64,000 nt of DNA from Malacoraja senta (Eukaryota). The position numbers were made by a program, and so were the translations under genes. The stretch lies in the NCBI GenBank assembly GCA_038087875.1, contig CM075995.1:9488001-9552000 (forward strand). The letters run 5' to 3'. A model generated the notes under the pieces. That model worked only from the letters and a program-made list of their open reading frames with translations. It was not told where the DNA came from and made no database searches. This document shows positions 25,033 through 38,659 of this stretch, in pieces (position 1 is the first letter of the stretch; every line of letters begins with the position of its first letter).

Positions 25033-28000
25033 TTTAAAAATTTATTATTTATTTTTATTAGAAGTAAGTACAATTGAATACAATCATATTTTCATAATAC
25101 ATTTTATGTACAGCTTCTTATTTTTTAAATTTTGTAATAAAGAAGAAAACGAAAAAGAAATTAGATAATGAAGAATAGAAAAATGTGAGATATATAGTGT
25201 GTGAAAAAGAAAAATAGAGAGTGAAAGAAGAAAGTTAAGAAATAGAAAATAGAAGAAAAAGAGTAAAAGAAGAAAAAGAAACGAGAAGTAAGGAGATCGT
25301 ATTTATAAACTTGACCATTCCTCACCCAGTCACGGATTAGCTTTTACACTTTTGTTGCACCATATGTTTCCAAAAAGACGACAAATGGAGAACAACTCGT
25401 TATGAATTGGTCAAATTTATCTATTAGGAGGAATCGCATTTCCTCAAAATGTGTGGTATCCAACATACCTGCAATCCACATTTTGAGCGTTGGTATTGGT
25501 GTATTTTTCCAAAATTTCAATATTAATTTTTTTGCTATTATTAAACCATAATTTAAAAATAAATTTTGAGATGGGTTCAATTTGTTCCCATCTTCCATTA
25601 CCCCAAATATAATCAATTCATTATTGGGTTCCATTTTTGTCTTAAATAATTTTGTGAATATTTCGAAAATATCACTCCAAAATCCATGAAGTTTTATACA
25701 AGAAACAAAAGTGTGTGTTATAGTTGCGCCTTGGGTTAAACATTTATCACAAATGGGGGATATATTTGGATAAAATTGATTTAATCTTATTTTTGAGTAA
25801 TATAATCTATGTAAAATTTTAAATTGAATTAGATTATGTCTTGCGTTAATCAAACATTTGTGAATGTATGTCAAATACTTTTCCCATGTAGCCTTTGTAA
25901 TTTTTATCAATAATTCCCGTTCCCACTCTTCTCTAATTACCTCGGTCGCAGGTAAATCTATATTTAAGATACTATTATATAAATATGATATTAATTTTTG
26001 TGTGTCAGCTTTAATATTCATTACTTCTTCTAGTAAATCAGGAGTTATTTTTTGATATCCCTGTATGTATGTCTTCAAGAAGTTGCAAATCTGAAAATAT
26101 TTAAAATAATGAGTGTTTTTCAATTTAAATTTTAATTGTAATTGTTGAAATGATAGTAAATCTCCCATTTCATACATATCCCCGATCCTTTTAATTCCTA
26201 AACTTTCCCATTGATTATATATTTTATCCATCATAGATGGTTTAAATAAAGGATTATACGCTATCGGTGTTAACAATGATAGGTTTCTTAGTTTTAAGGA
26301 TAATTTTATTTGTTTCCATATTCTTATTGTATCTTGTATAATTGGGTTTTTCTTATATATTGTATTGTTCATTTTTTTTGGGGAGAAGAGGATTGTTCCT
26401 ATATTACAAGGATAACAATCCTCTTTCTCCATTTTTATCCATTCTGTCTGTTGGGTTGAACTATCCAACCAGTAAATTATATTCTTAATATGTATTGCCC
26501 AATAGTAATACAAAAAATTTGGGAGTGAAAGTCCCCCGACATATTTTGGTTTACATAAATGTTCTTTTTTAATTCTATGTGATTTATAGTCCCAAACAAA
26601 ATTAGTAATGTTAGCATTCAATTTAGAAAAAAAATATTTTGGTACATATACTGGAAAAGATTGAAATAGGTATAATAACTGTGGTAGAAAGCTCATTTTA
26701 ATATCATTTATTCTGCCTATTAATGATAAAGGAAGTGTTTTCCAAAATTTAATCGTTATATTAAGTTTATTTATTAAGGGTATAAAATTGGCGTTGAATA
26801 AAGCTTTATGTTTTCTAGTAATCTGAATACCCAGATATTTAAATTTTTCTGTTGCTATTTTAAAGGGGAATTTCAATAAGTATGTAGATTCTTGAGGTTT
26901 TAACGTCATAATTTCACTTTTGTTCCAATTTATTCTATATCCAGAAAAGGACCCGAATTCCTCTATTAAATTTAATAAATTTGGTATGCTCGTTTGTGAA
27001 TTTGTTATATATAACAGAATATCGTCTGCATACAATGAAATTGTATTATTTGAGTCCCTAGTATTATAACCCTGAATATTCAGATGGTTCTTATACTTTC
27101 AGCCAGAGGTTCTATCATAAGGGCAAATAGCAGGGGTGATAAAGCACATCCCTGCCTATTACCCCTTGATAATTGAAATTTTTGAGACAACATGATGTTA
27201 GTTAATATTCTTGCCATCAGTTTATCATATAATAATTTCACCCATGCAATAAAGTTCTCTCCCATATTAAATTTTTGTAATACTTTGTATAAATACTGCC
27301 ATTCTACCTGATCAAATGCTTTCGCTGCGTCCAAAGAAATAATTGATAAGTCTTCTTCCTCCACTTTATGTGAGTACATTATATTAAACAGGCGTCTCAA
27401 ATTATTAAATGAATATCTTTTGGGTATAAACCCCGTTTGCTCAGGGTTTATCAATTTACTAATATATTTGCTTAGTCTTCTGGATAAAGTCTTTGCTAGG
27501 ATTTTCTGATCTGTATTTAATAGTGATATAGCTCTATATGAGCCCGGTTCCTCTAGGTCTTTATCTTTCTTTGGAATAAGCGTAATAGTTGATTCTGCTA
27601 ATGTTTCAGGTAATTTATTTTCTTTAAAAACGTAAGTATATAAATTAAATAGATAGGGGGTCGTTATCTCATGATTTTTTTTATAAAATTCATTACTAAA
27701 ACCATCTGGTCCCAGTGTCTTACCATTTTTCAACGATTTTATTGTTTCACCTATTTCTTCGATTGTAATTTGCGCTCCTAGTTCTTCTTGTTCCAAAAGG
27801 TCAAGTTTTGGTAGATTACAGTTATCTAAATTTTTTTTAATTTTACTATCTTCTGTTTTGGTTTTTGATGTGTATAAATTTTGATAAAATTGAACAAATC
27901 TTTTATTAATATCTTTAGGTAGTGTTAGTAATTCACCATTATCAGATTTAATTTTATTTATAGTATTTTCCTTTTCCTGTTTTTTCAGTTGACGGGCCAA

Positions 28001-31000
28001 CAGCTTATGTGGTTTGTCACCAAACTCAAAATGTTCCTGTTTTGTAATTTGGAATAATCTTATTACTCTTGCCGAGAGAATTCGGTTAAGTTTAAATTTC
28101 AGTTGTATTATCTTATTATGTTTATCTATAGTGGGATCTTTAGCATTGTCTAACTCTAACTGTCTTATTTCTTGTTCTAACCACATTTGTTCTGTTTTAT
28201 TCTTCTTATTTTGAAAAATTTCATATTAAATTATAATTCCTCTAATAAATGCTTTAAAAGTTTTCCATAGTAAAGAAGGTGAGGTACCTGGTGTATCATT
28301 TATCTCAAAAAATAATTTCATTTGTTTCAAGTATTGATAACCCTGTAAGTCATTTAATATATGTGTATTAAACCTCCAAAAACATTTTTTACCCGGCATT
28401 CCCTCAAATTTTACTGAAAAAGTCAACGGAGAGTGATCAGAAATACTACTAATATGATATGTTGGGTTAATTGTATATGGCATTAATTTCCTATCCACTA
28501 AAAAATAATCAATTCTTTAATATATTTTATGTACCGAAGAGTAAAACGAATATTCCCTTCCTGCTGGGTTAGCAGATCTCCATACATCTGTTATGTTAGT
28601 ATTTTTTATATATGTATTTAGAAGTTCACTAGTCTTGGATTTTATATTACTCCTTCTTTGTTTTGCTGATTTGTCTAAATATGGATCTAAAACACAGTTG
28701 AAATCCCCTCCTATTATCACATTTTGATAATTAAACTCCAGTATTATATCTATAATTTTCTCAAAAAATTGAGGGTTATCAAAATTCGGAGCGTAAATAG
28801 TTACCATAGTTATTGGGGTAGCATAAATTTCTCCCGAAACTATGATATACCTTCCCTCTTTATCTGATATAGTATTCTTTAATTTGAACGGTATACCTTT
28901 CCGAATAAGAATAGCCGTACCTCTAGATTTAGAAGTAAATGATGAATAATATGTTTGGCCTATCCACTTTGCCTTTAATCTCATTTGTGTTACCCGTTTC
29001 ATGTGAGTTTCTTGCAAGTAAATTATGTCGCTTTTCAAAGATTTTAAGTGAGCAAAAATCTTACCCCTCTTTATTGGTTCGTTGGCACCCCTTATATTTC
29101 AACTACAGAATGTGATTCCTCCATTCTTTATTTGTCTATCGTCTTGCATTATATATCAAAGTAATATTCTTGAATCATATGGTGCTGACAAATACCTCCG
29201 TGTTCTGGACGTTGGGTGGTCATTCCAAGTTTTTAAGTTTACATTACATCTCCTTCTCCAAAAGTGCCTTAGATAAAGCAAGAAAAAATGTGATTTACAA
29301 TTAATTAAACACAAACTAAGTAAATACAAATTTGTATAGTGATTTTTTTTTTTAAGTGAAATTAAGGTATCTAAGAACAGGTACCTTAAAGAGAGATAGC
29401 CACCTAAGGTGGCGAAAAATGTATAGACTTCCATTGATGTTGTTTTACATTGAGCCCCAATCCCTTATTAACACCTCGTAAAAAATTACAGACCGTCTCA
29501 TATCTTGTTTATTCTTGTTTAACTTTATCAAACTAGCATTAGTAAAAAGCAAAAAGACGCAGAGATAAAATATTAAAAAGTAAAAAAATAAAGCTACCCT
29601 ACAAGCAGGTACCGAGGGGTTAACCTCATTCCTGGTTTTTTTCCAAGTTTATGTTGCGTTCCCACCCAAAAAGAAAAAAAGCCCGTTAGTAGTGTTATAG
29701 ACATTTTGGTTAATTACAATTTATAAGTAATGGTTTATTCATAGTTATTCATATTTACAAACACTTACAAATCATTAGTATTGTTAAATTTGTTAAGTTA
29801 GTTGGTTAATTATAATTAGCATATAATAACCATATAACCATAACAGCACGGAAACAGGCCATCTCGGCCCTTCAAGTCCGTGCCGAACTTTTTTTTCTTT
29901 TTTTTTAATTTTTAATTAAAAATAAATACTTCCCCCTAGTCCCATCTACCTGCACTCAGACCATAACCCTCCATTCCTTTCCCGTCCATATACCCATCCA
30001 ATCTATTTTTAAAGGATAACATCGAACCTGCCTCCACCACTTCCACTGGAAGCTCATTCCACACAGCTACCACTCTCTGAGTAAAGAAGTTCCCCCTAAT
30101 GTTCCCCCTAAACTTCTGTCCCTTAATTCTCAAGTCATGTCCCCTTGTTTGAATCTTCCCTACTCTCAATGGGAAAAGCTTATCCACGTCCACTCTGTCT
30201 ATCCCCGCTCATAATTTTAAAGACCTCTATCAAGTCCCCTCTTAACCTTCTGCGCTCCAAAGAATAAAGACCTAACTTGTTCAACCTTTCTCTGTAACTT
30301 AGTTGCTGAAACCCAGGCAACATTCTAGTAAATCTCCTCTGTACTCTCTCTATTTTGTTGACATCCTTCCTATAATTAGGCGACCAAAATTGTACTCCAT
30401 ACTCCAGAATTGGCCTCACCAATGCCTTGTACAATTTTAACATTACATCCCAACTTCTATATTCAATGCTCTGATTTATAAAGGCCAGCACACCAAAAGC
30501 TTTCTTTACCACCCTATCTACATGAGATTCCAGCTTCAGGGAACTATGCACAGTTATTCCTAGATCCCTCTGTTCAACTGCATTCCTCAATTCGCTACCA
30601 TTTACCGTGTACGTCCTATTTTGATTTGTCCTGCCGAGATGTAGCACCTCACATTTGTCAGCATTAAACTGCATCTGCCATCTTTCAGCCCACTCTTCCA
30701 AATGGCCTAAATCTCTCTGTAGACTTTGAAAATCTACTTCATTATCCACAACACCACCTATCTTAGTATCATCTGCATACTTACTAATCCAATTTTCCAC
30801 ACCATCATCCAGATCATTGATGTACATGACAAACAACAGTGGACCCAACACAGACCCCTGAGGCACCCCACTAGTCACCGGCCTCCAACCTGACAAACAG
30901 CCATCCACCATTACTCTCTGGCACCTCCCATTCAGCCACTGTTGAATCCATCTTGCTACTCCACCATTAATACCCAACAGTTAGATGTTAATATTATCTC

Positions 31001-31032
31001 GTCCCTGTTCCTTGTACTGTATCTTCGGCATC
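25033..31032 (-). mobile_element. L1-clade LINE, 5'-truncated, ORF2 disrupted (about 25344-29160), inserted in gag
   Basis: APE (LQETH, GGDFN, ISDH), RT (YRAISLLN, RQGCALSP, YADD) and C-terminal CCHC; A-rich tail; 17-bp TSD CTTCTCTGGATGG(A/G)CTT at 25016-25032 and 31033-31049. Confidence 0.93.
29823..30979 (-). mobile_element. CR1 3' fragment nested in the L1 inter-ORF region
   Basis: ORFs 30180-30977 and 29936-30193; (GGTTATAT)n tail. Confidence 0.92.
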
Positions 31033-31888
31033 CTTCTCTGGATGGGCTTATCGAGCTAACGACCCGTCTGGACCGACGCATCCTGGCGAGACGTCGGGAG
31101 AGGCGACAGGGACCGGCGGACCGCCAGCTTTCCACCCCAGCTCGTTTTCCTCCGGAGACTGGACTACCCTCGTCGGGGCAACCGTCGAGGCAACCCGAAC
31201 CCATGTAGGTGGGTTGCACCAGTCTCACCCCCGAGGAACGGGAACGACGAACCTCTGAACTTTCCTCTGCCCGACGCTCTCTTTGTCATTCCCGTCTGCT
31301 GTTGTCTGATGGTCCTCACACCCTCGCCACCTTCATAGACTTTGGTTGTGACATTAATCTTATGGACAAGGAACTAGCCCGCCAGCTAGGCATCAGTTGT
31401 GTTCCATTGCCTGAACCTGTTCCCGCCGACGCCCTCGACGGCCATCGCCTGGGGACTGTTTCTCACCGGACGGTCCCAGTGCGCATGCTCCTGAGACCAT
31501 CCTGTTCCACATCCTGCAGTCTCCCCGTTTTCCCCTCATCCTGGGTTACCCCTGGCTTCGGCGACACAACCCCAACATCGACTGGAGGACGGGGGTCATC
31601 TTGGGTTGGAGCCCTTCCTGCCACCAAGTGTGCCTGAAGCAAGCCTCAGCTCCTCAACCGGCCACCTGCTCCAGTGCTGCTCCGGATCTGACGGAGGTCC
31701 CAGCCGAGTGCCATGACTTTGGGGAGGTTTTTAGCAAGTCTAGGGCCACCTCCCTTCCTCCTCATCGGCCCTATGACTGCGCCATAGACCTCCTGCCTGG
31801 TTCCGCTCCTCCTAGGGGTCGCCTTGACTCCCGCTCCTACCGACCTGGGTCCCGCAACATGAAGCCCGATGCCCTCTCTTGACAGTTC

Positions 31889-33466
31889 TTGGCGAAGGAG
31901 GAGTCTTCCTCTGGCCCCAAGACCATCCTCTCGTCCTCGCACAGGGTTGCCTCCCTCACCTGGGAGGTGGAGGAGAGGGTCAAGGCGGCCTTGGAGAACC
32001 AGCCGGGACCCAGCGCATGCCCTCCTGATCGCCTGTTTGTGGTTTCTGCCCTGCGGTCCGACGTCCTTCAGTGGGCCCACAGCTCTCGACTCACCTGTCA
32101 TCCCGGCATTCAACGGACCAAGGAGATGGTGCTACGGAGGTTCTGGTGGGCATCGCTGGAGGAGGACACTCGGGAGTTTGTCAACGCCTTTCCCATTTGC
32201 AACCAGCACAAGGTCTCACACCAAGCTCCTGCGGGTCATCTGCTTCCACTGCCTGTACCCCATCGACCATGGTCCCACATCTCCCTGGACTTCATTACCG
32301 GCCTGCCCCCATCCAGGGGTCACACCACCATCCTGACCGTGGTCGATAGATTTAGCAAGATGGCTCACTTCGTGCCCCTGCCCAAGCTTCCGTCAGCCAA
32401 GGAAACTGCCGAGCTCATGTTACTCCATGTCTTCAGGCTCCATGGTCTCCCCGTCGATGTGGTCTCCGACCGAGGACCCCAGTTTGCCTCTGTGTTCTGG
32501 AGGGAGTTCTGCATGCTTGTGCGGGCCACCGTGAGTCTGACGTCCGGATTTCATCCCCAGTCCAACAGCCAAACTGAAAGGAAGAATCAGGAGATGGAGA
32601 CGGCGCTGCGGTGTATGGTGTCAAAGCATCCCTGCTCCTGGTCCCAGCAGTTGTTGTGGGTGGAGTACGCCCACAACACCCTGACAAGCTCGGCCACTGG
32701 GCTCTCCCCTTTCCAGTGTGCCTACGGGCTCCAGCCTCCACTGTTCCCGGCGCTGGAGAAAGAGGTTTCCTGCCCGTCCGTCCAGGCCTTCATTCGTCGC
32801 TGCCGCGGGACGTGGACCCAAGCTAGGGCGGCTCTTCTCCGCTCCGTGGCCCGTTACGCCAAGACTGCCAACCGTCACCGCACCCAGGCCCCCACCTACC
32901 TCGTGGGCCAGAAGGTGTGGCTGTCGACCCAGGACCTTCCCTTGAAGGTGGGGTCCAAGAAGTTGGCACCCAAGTTCATCGGTCCCTTTGAGATCCAGAA
33001 GGTCATCAACCCAGTGGCTGTGAGGCTCAAGTTGCCTCGTTCCATGCGGGTTCATCCTACGTTCCACGTGTCCAGAGTAAAGCCAGTCCGGGAGAGCTCC
33101 TTGGTCCCCGCAGTCCCTCCTCCTCCACCTCCTCGTCTGATCGACGGAGGCCCCGCGTTTACAGTGCACCGCCTCCTGCGCTCCCGCCGTCGTGGGAGGG
33201 GTCTCCAATACCTGGTCGATTGGGAGGGTTACGGTCCAGAGGAGAGGTCCTGGGTTCCTGCTCGACACATCCTGGACGCCTCCCTCATCAGGGAGTTTCA
33301 CCGGCGTCATCCCGACCAGCCGTCCAAGTCCGCCACTCCTAGAAGGGTAGACGCCCTTGAGACTCTGTCCCCTCTTCCGTCTGAGGCGCCCAGTGACGAC
33401 GAGTCGGAGCTTTCCTCTGATGCTAGGGAGGAGGATGCGGACATGGATGTCTCGGACGAATATTAG
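31889..33466 (+). CDS. Gypsy integrase + chromodomain, uninterrupted frame (part of a broken pol)
   Basis: HHCC finger with first Cys changed to Phe; SLDF/VSDRG/QTER DDE triad; GPF motif; [16 protein letters not shown] chromodomain. Confidence 0.9.
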   Translation: MAKEESSSGPKTILSSSHRVASLTWEVEERVKAALENQPGPSACPPDRLFVVSALRSDVLQWAHSSRLTCHPGIQRTKEMVLRRFWWASLEEDTREFVNAFPICNQHKVSHQAPAGHLLPLPVPHRPWSHISLDFITGLPPSRGHTTILTVVDRFSKMAHFVPLPKLPSAKETAELMLLHVFRLHGLPVDVVSDRGPQFASVFWREFCMLVRATVSLTSGFHPQSNSQTERKNQEMETALRCMVSKHPCSWSQQLLWVEYAHNTLTSSATGLSPFQCAYGLQPPLFPALEKEVSCPSVQAFIRRCRGTWTQARAALLRSVARYAKTANRHRTQAPTYLVGQKVWLSTQDLPLKVGSKKLAPKFIGPFEIQKVINPVAVRLKLPRSMRVHPTFHVSRVKPVRESSLVPAVPPPPPPRLIDGGPAFTVHRLLRSRRRGRGLQYLVDWEGYGPEERSWVPARHILDASLIREFHRRHPDQPSKSATPRRVDALETLSPLPSEAPSDDESELSSDAREEDADMDVSDEY

Positions 33467-33587
33467 CCCTCCTCCGGTCCCCCTCCTCCCACCCAACTCT
33501 GCGTGGGATTGGGTTTATTTTCTTTATTGTGTTTTTTTTTTCCTTTTGTTTTGGGACGTCAGGAGCCGTCCCTTGAAGGGGGGGTTC

Positions 33588-33940
33588 TGTCACAGTCTGC
33601 CCTCTCCTGCCTGCCTGCCACTCCCCTCTCATCAGCCCAACTCTCCTCTACTGTGGCACTCAGTTGCCTCTGATCACCAATTAATCCGGTATATAGACTC
33701 TCCTCACCGTTCCCACAGTGCCAGATTGTTCTCAGCATTCATGCAAGACTCTCCAGTGATTTCCCGACTGCCTACAAGGATTCGAACCTGCCAGCCCCTC
33801 TTCGGAACCCTCGCTCAATCCTGAGTCTCTGTGTGAGTACGATGTACCCATTCCTGTGTTCCAGTATCAGAATAAAGTTCAGTACCAACTATACCTGCCT
33901 GATTCTGTGCTGCTATCGGGTCCAAGCTATACCCGTTACA
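33588..33940 (+). repeat. 3' LTR
   Basis: Follows the polypurine tract; near-identical to 23953-24304. Confidence 0.95.
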
Positions 33941-34806
33941 GTTTGTTAGGCCACATTCAGAGTATTGTGTTCAGTTCTGGGCAGCATGTTATAGGAAAGA
34001 TGTTGTCAAGCTGGAAAGGGTAGAGGGAAGATTTACAAGGATGTTGCCAGGACTAGAGGGTCTGAGCAATAGGGAGCGGTTGAGTAGGCTGGGAATCTAT
34101 TCCTGATCTTATAGAGGTGTATAAAATCCTGATCTTATAGAGGTGTATAAAATCGTGAGAGGAATAGATTGGGTAAATGCACAGAGTCTCTTCCCAGAGT
34201 AGGTGAATTGATAGAGGACACAGGTAGAGGACACAGGTTTAAGGTGAAGGGGAAAATATTTAATAGGAATCTAAGGGGTAACTTTTTCACACAAAGGGTG
34301 GTGGATGTATGGAACAAGCTACCAGAGGAGGTATTTGTGCAACGGGCTATCCCAACATTTAAATAGCAGTTAGGTACATGGATAGGGCAGGTATGGAGTG
34401 GTATGGACCAAATGCTGGAGGTTTGGAGGTTAATTTGCTTGTTGCAGGCTCGGTGGGCTAAAGGGCCTGTTTCCATGCTATATCTCCAAACTACAATAAA
34501 CTAAATAACTCCATCTGCTCCGTCCCTGTTGCCACTGTCAGGGAGCTGTGGACTTGGACTCCAGGGTCCCTCTATACATCAAAACCATTAGGGTCTTGTT
34601 GTCAACTCAATGCTTCTGTGCTCCCAAAATGCACTTCTCACACTTACTCGGAATAAACTACATCTGACATTTCTGCAATCTATTTCCAGCTGCATACTTT
34701 GACAGCCTACCTGACTTCCCTGACACCAGCAATTTTGGTCAGCTTTTAAAGGGATGGCATGCAAATTACCTCCTGTTGACAAGTGCTGCATTTTCCCACC
34801 CAACAG

Positions 34807-35059
34807 TGAAGGTGGCTTTGCAGGGATATGCAATCCAGTCCAGCACCATGTACCCGGCTGTAGCCAAACGAGCCATTGACGGTGACAATAGTTCAGATGC
34901 GCGGCAACATTCCTGCAGTGGACAGTGGACTTGAGGGGAATCTACGCCGTGTCAATGGTAAGATTCACCGACTGGAAGGACTGTTGCTCCGACCGGATGC
35001 TGGGAGCTCAGATCTACGTGTGGAACTCACCGGATATGGGCCAAACCTATAAAAAGCCC
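34807..35059 (+). pseudogene. F-type lectin (fucolectin/FTP domain) exon, frameshifted
   Basis: Acceptor CAACAG; KVALQGYAIQSST...AKRAIDGD...HSC, frameshift, WTVDLRGIYAVSMVRFTDWKDCCSDRMLGAQIYVWNS; putative donor GTAAAT at 35060. Confidence 0.85.
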
Positions 35060-35822
35060 GTAAATATTCAGTTACCTACTTTTCTTAATTTCGTATTGAT
35101 TTATTATTGTCATATATTCATTTAAAAGTTTTGGTTGTGTGCAATCCAGTCAAATCATGCTGTACACAAGCACCATTAAGCCATACACATGTGCAACAGG
35201 TAGTGCAAAGAGAAAAATCCAGGGTGCATGATGTAGTATTGGGGCTACACCCTAGCTCATAGGAGGACGGACTGATCAGTAATCTGATAACAAAGAGGAA
35301 GAAGCTGTTCCAGAATCTGGTGGTACGGAGTAACTATAAGGCTTTCTGATTTAAATGTTTCGTTGTTGCTGTAGGAATTTGAGAGCTCAGTGGAAAATGT
35401 GTTTATCTCAGTGAACAGAAAGCTAGACCATACAGTGTTGATCCAGGGGTGAAGCACTGGGAGTCAATGCATGGACAACTAATTCTGAGCTCTGGGCGGC
35501 TAACAAAAAACATGTCTGAGTGCTGACCCGTATTGGGTAAATTTCAGTTGGATGAGTTCAACATATTAATGCTTTTACAGCACAATGGAGACTACAGATT
35601 TTGAGAAAAACACAAGATGCTGGCGGACCTCAGCCTGTCAGGCAGTGTCTGTGGAGGAAATGGACACAGCGTTTTAGGTTGTGACCCTCTTTTCAGACAG
35701 GGGACTGCAAGCCTCCTCAATGTAACAGTAGCCGAGAACCGCTTTGATTGTAGACAAACTCACTTTGGCATTGGTCCTCTTTGGAGATGAAAATGTGCCA
35801 TACTTGGAGTCATAGACACTTT

Positions 35823-36418
35823 TTCCCCTGTCCCACTTAGGAAACCCGAACGGAAACCTCTGGAGACTTTGCGCCCCACCCAAGTTTTCCATGCGGTTCC
35901 CGGAGGTTTGGCAGTCTCCTTAATGGTCGAAAGTAGTTTCCGCTTCTTCTATGTTCTGGCGATTATTTCAAAAAATTCAAAACCGGCTGTGACTTAAAAT
36001 AGGTTGCCGTTTTAAAAAACGGTAATTTTTTAGTCGAAGCCGGTTGCGATGCTAGTTGAAGGTGGTTGCCGGAGGTTGCAGGTAGTGGAAGGTAAGACTT
36101 TTTTTCACCCAGTTTTATTCCACCAGGGAGGCCTTACCTTCCACTACCTGCAACCTCCGGCAACCACCTTCAACTAGCATCGCAACCGGTTTTAACTAAA
36201 AAATTACCGATTTTTAAAACGGCAACCTATTTTTAGTCGCGGCCGAATTTGAATTTTTTGAAATAATTGCCGGAACATAGAAGAAGCGGAAACCACTTTC
36301 GACCATTAGGGAGACTGACAAAAACCTCCGGGGACCTCCGGGAACCGCACGGAAACTTTGGGTGGGGCGCAAAGTCTCCAGAGGTTTCCGTTCAGGTTTC
36401 CTAAGTGGGACAGGGGCA
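35823..36418. mobile_element. Foldback MITE, probably PIF/Harbinger
   Basis: ~275-bp inverted arms with ~35-nt spacer; termini CCCCTGTCCCACT / AGTGGGACAGGGGCA followed by TTA. Confidence 0.85.
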
Positions 36419-36977
36419 TTACATAGCGTCACAGATCGTGTCCCTCATGCCAAGACAGTCATGCTGACCAGGATGGGAATCTACCATGTCTGTTTGCCTG
36501 CATTAATCCCGTATCTATATTATTCTTTCCTACACAAATGATTTTTAAATGTTGTATGTGTATCTGCCTCTGCCACCTCCTCTGCCCTTTAGTTCCATCT
36601 AACCATTCTCCATGAAAACAATCTTGCCCCTCAATCTCTACTAACTTTTCACCCTCTCAACTTAAACCTCTGCCACCTTGGTTAAGTTTCCCCTGGTCTT
36701 GGAAAAACACTATTTTACTGTCTTACTTATTGTCTCAGCCTCAACAGGTCATTCATCAGCCTTCTACACTCCAATGAGAACAAACCTAGCTTATCTAATC
36801 TTTCCTTGTTACTAAAACATTAAAATCAGCTTCTTGGAGAAGTTCTTCTGCAGTGGAGTGATCAGAACTGCACACAACACTCAAGGGCTGACAGTGGAGG
36901 CAGCATTTAAAATACCCCCCAGACAGATACATGGATGGGAAAGGTTTAGAAACACAGGCAAATGGGACGAGCTTAGA

Positions 36978-37772
36978 TAGTCATGGAGTGATACAGCATG
37001 GAAACAGGCCCTTTGGCCCAACTTGCCCACACTGACCAATATGTCCCAGCTACACTTGTCCCACATGCCTGTGTTTGGTCCATATCACTCCAAACCTGTC
37101 CTATCCATGTACATGTCTAAGTGTTTCTTAAACGTGGGGATAGTCCCAACCTCAACTACTTCCTCTGGCAGCTTGTTCCATACACCCATCACCCTTAGTG
37201 TGAAAAAGCTACCTCTCAGATTCCTATTTAAATCTTTCCCCCTTCACCTTAAACCTATTAGAGATTCCTTTATTTGTCATTCAGACCTTTCGGTCTGAAC
37301 GAAATTTCGTTGCCTGCAGTCATACATATAATAATAAATAACAAAACACACAATAAACACAAATTAACATCCACCACAGTGAGTTCACCAGGCACCTCCT
37401 CACTGTGATGGAGGCAAAAGTCTTAAAGTCTCAAAGTCTCTTAAACTATGTCCTCTGGTCCTCAATTCACTTACCTTGGGCACGAGACTCTGTGCATCTA
37501 ACCGATCTATTCCTTTTATGAGTTTATACAATTCTATAAGATCACTGCATTTCCTCCTGCGCTCCAAGGAATAGAGCTCTAGCCTATTCAACTTCTCCCT
37601 ATAGATCAGACCCTGTAACCCTGGTAGCATCCTCGTAAATCATATCTGCACCCTTTTCATCTTGACAACGTCTTTCCTATAACATGGTGCCCAGAACTGA
37701 ACACGATACTCTGCATGCATCTCACCAATATCTCACCCAACTGCAAAGTGACCTGCCCACTTCTACACTCAA
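36978..37772 (-). mobile_element. CR1 relic with a short LINE 3'-end insert (about 37258-37440)
   Basis: MLPGLQGL...LYSLERRR peptide; the insert has a stem-loop and AATAAA on the minus strand. Confidence 0.75.
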
Positions 37773-38659
37773 TAAGAGTTTAAGATAGTTACGGATAGGG
37801 ACAGAGAGGGCCCACATGTTAAAATGCTCAATTGTGGTAATGCCAACTTTGAGAATATGAGAGAAGGTCTCGCTCAAGTTGACTGGAGCAGGTTATTTGA
37901 GGGGAAAAGAAAGGTTAAGTGGGATTTTTTTTTAGATATAATATCTTGGCTGGCATAGAAAAGTTGGCCCGAAGGGCAAGTTTCCATGCTGTGTTCCAAT
38001 GAAGGACTTCCACCAAAGTAGCATCGAGACCAGACATATGGTGAATGAATCAGATGCCAGAGCAGCAGCCGTCTGGTCTCAAACTGCTTTATCCAGCATG
38101 GCACCATTGATGAACTTTGGCGAGATGCTGCCTAGATTGGAGCATTTTGGCTATCAAGAGAGATTTGACAAACTTGGATTGTTTTTCATGGAACATCGGA
38201 GGCTGAGAGGATATGTGATAGAAGTATATAAAATTTTACTTCGGAGTCTCGTGAGTGACTACATGAAGAACCCGTCCAACCGCACACGCGTCATATCGTC
38301 AGACGCATAGCGTAGTGCAGATGTGTTTGGAGTGAGGAGAGCTCCTCCAAACCGGTAAGTAAAAAGCCTGAAGGTAAGTGTTTACTTATGTTTTTCAGGT
38401 CGATTTCTTCAGAAGACTTGTAGTTGGGAAAACACAAGTCAGAATGAAGAAAGGATTTAGAGGTGTACCGCAGATAACTCAAGTAAGACCGCGGGTCTGC
38501 GAGTAGCGGGCGCCCTTCAAATTTTTTTTTAAATGGCTAAAGATATTTACTGTTGTAAATATAAGAAATAGAGGTGGCCAGTAGATTGGAAAGTCAGACC
38601 GGAGGATCCCCGATTCAGGTAGCTAGTTTGTTATATTCAGAACAGCGTTGCGAGGCAGC

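Larger units (their letters stand above)
23953..33940 (+). mobile_element. Ty3/Gypsy chromovirus (Tf1/sushi group) LTR retrotransposon, defective, interrupted by an L1
   Basis: Paired TG...CA LTRs, 5-bp TSD GTTGG/GTTTG, gag, protease relic, integrase-chromodomain ORF, PPT at 33575-33584. Confidence 0.95.
22968..34510 (+). mobile_element. Host CR1 relic in three pieces (22968-23257, 23912-23952, 33941-34510)
   Basis: Pieces join colinearly (GIE...SWEIMLQLYKTLVRPHSEYCVQFW) when the Rex1 and Gypsy inserts are removed. Confidence 0.8.

Noticed and set aside
24091..25077. Domesticated sushi-derived gene (PEG10/RTL-like)
   Set aside because: Lies within an LTR-flanked element with a TSD and is truncated by an L1
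32621..33496. 291-aa antisense ORF
   Set aside because: Shadow frame of the GC-rich integrase; no motifs
35375..35540. Second exon of the lectin relic
   Set aside because: Has AG/GT-like borders but stops in all frames and no FTP C-terminal motif
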